This document shows, piece by piece, positions 57,470 through 60,169 of a stretch of DNA of 60,169 bases. Source of the DNA: an uncultured Candidatus Saccharibacteria bacterium (GTDB lineage Bacteria > Patescibacteriota > Minisyncoccia > Phycocordibacterales > UBA1006); assembly GCA_964405115.1 (NCBI GenBank), contig CAYOMN010000001.1:5755-65923 (forward strand), in the 5' to 3' direction. Made by a program: the position numbers and the translations under genes. The notes beneath the pieces are model-generated. The model was not told the DNA's origin, ran no database searches, and worked only from the letters and a program-made list of their open reading frames with translations. Numbering within the stretch: position 1 is the first letter of the stretch; each line of letters starts with the position of its first letter.

Positions 57470-58360
57470 CTAATTATCCATTTCTCTCAATAATTTTATC
57501 CTCAATTCAAGACTTGGGTGTGTTGAAAAAAGTCTATTTGCATATGTAGTTGATCTTTTTATTCCAAAAGGGTTAGTAATAAACAAGTGTGCAGTTGCAT
57601 GATTGGCTGATTTCATCTTTGAATCATGATCATGAATTTTTTCTAATGCAGAAGCAAGTCCTTCAGGGTATCTTGTTAACATAACACCTGTCGCATCTGC
57701 AAGAAGTTCTCTCTTCCTTGAAATAGCAAGTCTTAATAATGAAGCAATAATTGGCATTAAAATAGATAAAATTAAACCAATTATTAATATAATTCCATTA
57801 TCTTTTCTATTACCTCTTCCACCAAATATAGATCCACGTAATAAAAAATTAGATACAATAGTTATCATACCAACAAGCACAACCGTAACAGTAGATACAA
57901 GCATATCGTTATTCCCTATATGCGATAATTCATGTGCGATAACTCCTTCAAGTTCATTTTTATTTAAAATATTTAAAAGGCCAGTTGTAACGGCAACAAC
58001 TGCATGCTCTTTATTTCTCCCAGTTGCAAACGCATTTGGAGCATTGTCTTCAACTAAAAAAATTTTTGGTTTAGGAAGTCCTGCTGTAATAGATAAATTT
58101 TCAACAATACGGTGCAACTCAGGTTTTTCATTGAAAGATACTTCTTTTGCATTTGTCATTTTTAATACCGTTTTATCAGAAAACCAATATGCCCATATAT
58201 TCATAAAAATAGAAATAAAAACTGCGATATATAATATAATTGGAGAATTAAACTGATATGATAAAATGAAACCTAAACCTATAACTACCCCAAGAAAAGT
58301 TGTCATTAACAACCAAGTCTTTGCTTTATTTTTGTGTTGATATGTATAAAAAGTAGACAT
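57470..58360 (-). CDS. htpX: M48 family protease HtpX
   Basis: HELSHIGNND motif and the four-TM topology. Confidence 0.85.
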   Translation of the reverse strand: MSTFYTYQHKNKAKTWLLMTTFLGVVIGLGFILSYQFNSPIILYIAVFISIFMNIWAYWFSDKTVLKMTNAKEVSFNEKPELHRIVENLSITAGLPKPKIFLVEDNAPNAFATGRNKEHAVVAVTTGLLNILNKNELEGVIAHELSHIGNNDMLVSTVTVVLVGMITIVSNFLLRGSIFGGRGNRKDNGIILIIGLILSILMPIIASLLRLAISRKRELLADATGVMLTRYPEGLASALEKIHDHDSKMKSANHATAHLFITNPFGIKRSTTYANRLFSTHPSLELRIKLLREMDN

Positions 58361-58400
58361 GAGATAAGTATATATTGTTAATATTAATTTTCAATTTAAT

Positions 58401-58430
58401 ACTAGATACTAGATACTAGATACTAGATAC
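58401..58430. repeat. tandem heptamer (actagat) x4.3 upstream of the htpX promoter
   Basis: Read directly from the sequence. It lies just upstream of a putative TTGAAA-16-TATACT promoter. Confidence 0.85.
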
Positions 58431-58456
58431 TTATGATAAATAAAATATCTTAAATA

Positions 58457-59170
58457 TCAATTTGAATTACCTTTCAAAAACCTATTTCTTTTCTGTTCTT
58501 TCATTCTTTCTATTGCATAGCGAAGTGTTGTTCGCGGAAGTTTTTTATAATTTTTAATAAGAAAATTTTCTACCTTTTCATGATCTTTCTTCCAAGCTTC
58601 ACGCAACATCCAACCAACTGTTTTATGCATTAGATCTTCACTATCATCCAATAATCTTTTTGCTATTTTAAAAGTTAAAACCAATTCATTTCTTTTTATA
58701 AAAGACCATGTTGCAAGAATAGAGGCTCTTCTATACCAGTGAATTTTAGACAAAGACAGTTCATCTAATATCTTTAATTTCTCCTTGTTTTCATATAAAT
58801 ATTCTCCAATAACATTAGGAATTGATATATCTACAAGATTCCAATTATTAATATATTTCAAATTTTTTATGAAAAATTTATAAATTCTTTCCTTTTCTTC
58901 CTTTGTTGTACTCTTTTTTTTATATCTATTCACTAAAATAATAAGAACACATAATCGTACCTCATTATATGGAGAATCTATGTTTTTCTGTAAATCATGA
59001 AAATCTAAATCGGTAAATTTTTTAGCAACAGTTCTAATATCAGGAACGCAAACACCAAGAAATTTATCGTATTCTGAATATTCACCTTCTCCAGTTTTAA
59101 AAAAACACTCATTAGTTTCTTTTTGCTTTTTTGAAGCATATTTTTTTAATTGAGTTTCTAGGCTTTTCAT
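58457..59170 (-). CDS. DNA alkylation repair protein (AlkD-like HEAT repeat)
   Basis: INNWNLVD and the WMLRE pattern. It is the only called CDS in the window that ends in TGA. Confidence 0.65.
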   Translation of the reverse strand: MKSLETQLKKYASKKQKETNECFFKTGEGEYSEYDKFLGVCVPDIRTVAKKFTDLDFHDLQKNIDSPYNEVRLCVLIILVNRYKKKSTTKEEKERIYKFFIKNLKYINNWNLVDISIPNVIGEYLYENKEKLKILDELSLSKIHWYRRASILATWSFIKRNELVLTFKIAKRLLDDSEDLMHKTVGWMLREAWKKDHEKVENFLIKNYKKLPRTTLRYAIERMKEQKRNRFLKGNSN

Positions 59171-59182
59171 AAAAAGATAAAA

Positions 59183-59650
59183 TTAATTTATATCTACAAA
59201 ACCACCAATATATTTTGCACTATAAATTCTATTTCCACTCTCTGAGATAATTTCCTCACCAAAAAAATTATCAATTTCACCTATAAAACTATTTTTATAT
59301 AATAAACTTCCTTTGTTATATTTATTAGGTCCACGATAAGGACTATCTTCTGAAATAAGCTTTAATGCATCCATCAAAAAGTTATAAATATATTTAATAT
59401 TATTAATAGAATTAATAATACTTCCATAATAAACCATCATATAAACTGGTCGTTTTTTAAAAAAAACAACTTCTCTGCCACCATATGGTTCTCCTCCAAA
59501 ATAATTATCATTATATTCCCAATCACCATCTTTAAAAACTAAAGTAGTAGATTTATCACTATTTATAATTTTTTTTGCCAAATTACCAGAAGCATAAGTA
59601 GATTTTTTTGCATCTACAAGAAACTTACGAAGCTCTTTTTTATTAAACAT
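59183..59650 (-). CDS. hypothetical protein (DUF5680-like)
   Basis: ...STYASG...DGDWEYNDNYFGGEPYGGREVV...YYG pattern. I place the start at ATG 59650. Confidence 0.4.
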   Translation of the reverse strand: MFNKKELRKFLVDAKKSTYASGNLAKKIINSDKSTTLVFKDGDWEYNDNYFGGEPYGGREVVFFKKRPVYMMVYYGSIINSINNIKYIYNFLMDALKLISEDSPYRGPNKYNKGSLLYKNSFIGEIDNFFGEEIISESGNRIYSAKYIGGFVDIN

Positions 59651-59683
59651 AATTACTCTTAAGAGTATATAATAATTGAAACA

Positions 59684-59707
59684 AAAAAACACATTTCTGT
59701 GTTTTTT
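59684..59707 (-). terminator. terminator downstream of the 5S rRNA
   Basis: aaaaaacaca tttc tgtgtttttt. Confidence 0.65.
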
Positions 59708-59722
59708 CCTTTCAATACTTAA

Positions 59723-59830
59723 AACTGGCGACTACCTACTTTCCCCACTAAGGAGTATCATCGGTTCTAGCGGACTTTACTTCTCTGTTCGGAATGGGAA
59801 GAGGTGTTTCCCCGCCGACAAGTCACCAGA
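59723..59830 (-). rRNA. rrf: 5S ribosomal RNA
   Basis: The reverse complement reads UCUGGUGACUUGUCGGCGGGGAAACACCUCUUCCCAUUCCGAACAGAGAAGUAAAGUCCGCUAGAACCGAUGAUACUCCUUAGUGGGGAAAGUAGGUAGUCGCCAGUU. Helix I pairing and the loop A/C consensus (CCGAAC, GAUGGUA-like) are present. Confidence 0.9.
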
Positions 59831-60019
59831 TTTAAATATTGAATTTTATGTACATTAACAAATGAAGACTCAAGAACAAACATTAAAATGTTCTACACTT
59901 TTAAAACCTAGATTCCAGTTTTCACTGGAATGACAAATTTTTAAAAAAAATATTGTCATCTTAATTATGCGATTAGTAATCTGAAAAAGATAATAAATTA
60001 TCAGTCTCTTATTCAGATT

Positions 60020-60169
60020 TCCTAATAGGGATGGGCAATTAGTATTTCTCAGCTCAATGCATTACTGCACTTCCACTTAAAACCTATCAACCTAGTCATC
60101 TCCTAGGGCCCTACGATTCCTCATCTCGAAGTTGGCTTCGTTCTTAGATGCTTTCAGAACTTATCCATT
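60020..60169 (-). rRNA. rrl: 23S ribosomal RNA, 3'-terminal fragment (continues beyond the right edge)
   Basis: The reverse complement contains GAUAAGUUCUGAAAGCAUCUAAG and GGUUGAUAGG...UUGAGCUGAGAAAUACUAAU, which match the conserved 3' domain VI. The 3' end is approximate. Confidence 0.85.

Noticed and set aside
23799-58430. The tandem heptamers as a CRISPR array or mini-array
   Set aside because: The units are 7 bp with no spacers, so these are simple microsatellites. No cas genes are present.
59676-59858. Track ORF of 60 aa on the plus strand
   Set aside because: It lies antisense across the 5S rRNA gene and is spurious.

Overview
Strongly AT-rich bacterial chromosomal window. It is mostly compact housekeeping genes, largely on the minus strand: hisS, metG, glyQS, ileS, def-fmt, rpsL-rpsG, rpmB, efp, secD/secF, folD, a rodA/ftsW-type gene, htpX, adk, pyrH, gmk, pyrD, rpiB-rpe, gpmI, recJ, recO, truB, rsgA and a split comEC. 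It also holds an RNase P RNA (7695..8018) and, at the right edge, the tail of an rRNA operon (23S 3' end plus 5S, minus strand). I found no tRNA, CRISPR array, transposase or integrase. Several traits suggest a Candidate Phyla Radiation / Patescibacteria (Parcubacteria-like) genome, which is inference only: short genes, an archaeal-type UMP kinase, split ComEC, a CFDxxQNGxExGxDCGGxC-motif membrane protein, and giant surface proteins. Main observations: (1) The first 5.8 kb looks empty in the ORF track but is one uninterrupted minus-strand ORF (ATG 5798, open to the window edge, 1932 codons). It encodes a secreted collagen-like and phage-tail-fibre-like giant protein with a 54-bp tandem repeat and a 204-bp exact in-frame internal duplication. 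(2) IleRS carries an approximately 200-aa histidine-phosphatase (RHG...H) domain inserted in its catalytic core. (3) Three decayed or interrupted genes are present: a NADAR pseudogene, a coiled-coil gene with a frameshift plus an in-frame TAA, and a 2H-phosphoesterase-like gene with a single in-frame TGA. TGA is almost unused as a stop: 1 of the 56 stops I read. (4) Many genes have a (TGn)TATAAT-like box 6-9 nt before the start codon and no Shine-Dalgarno sequence, which points to leaderless mRNAs. (5) Smaller items: an orphan divergent class III cyclase-like gene, a small promoter-to-terminator unit with two mini-ORFs upstream of efp, a 56-bp perfect palindrome shared by two convergent gene ends, and OMP-like small secreted proteins. 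All functional calls rest on motif recognition by eye. No database search was possible.
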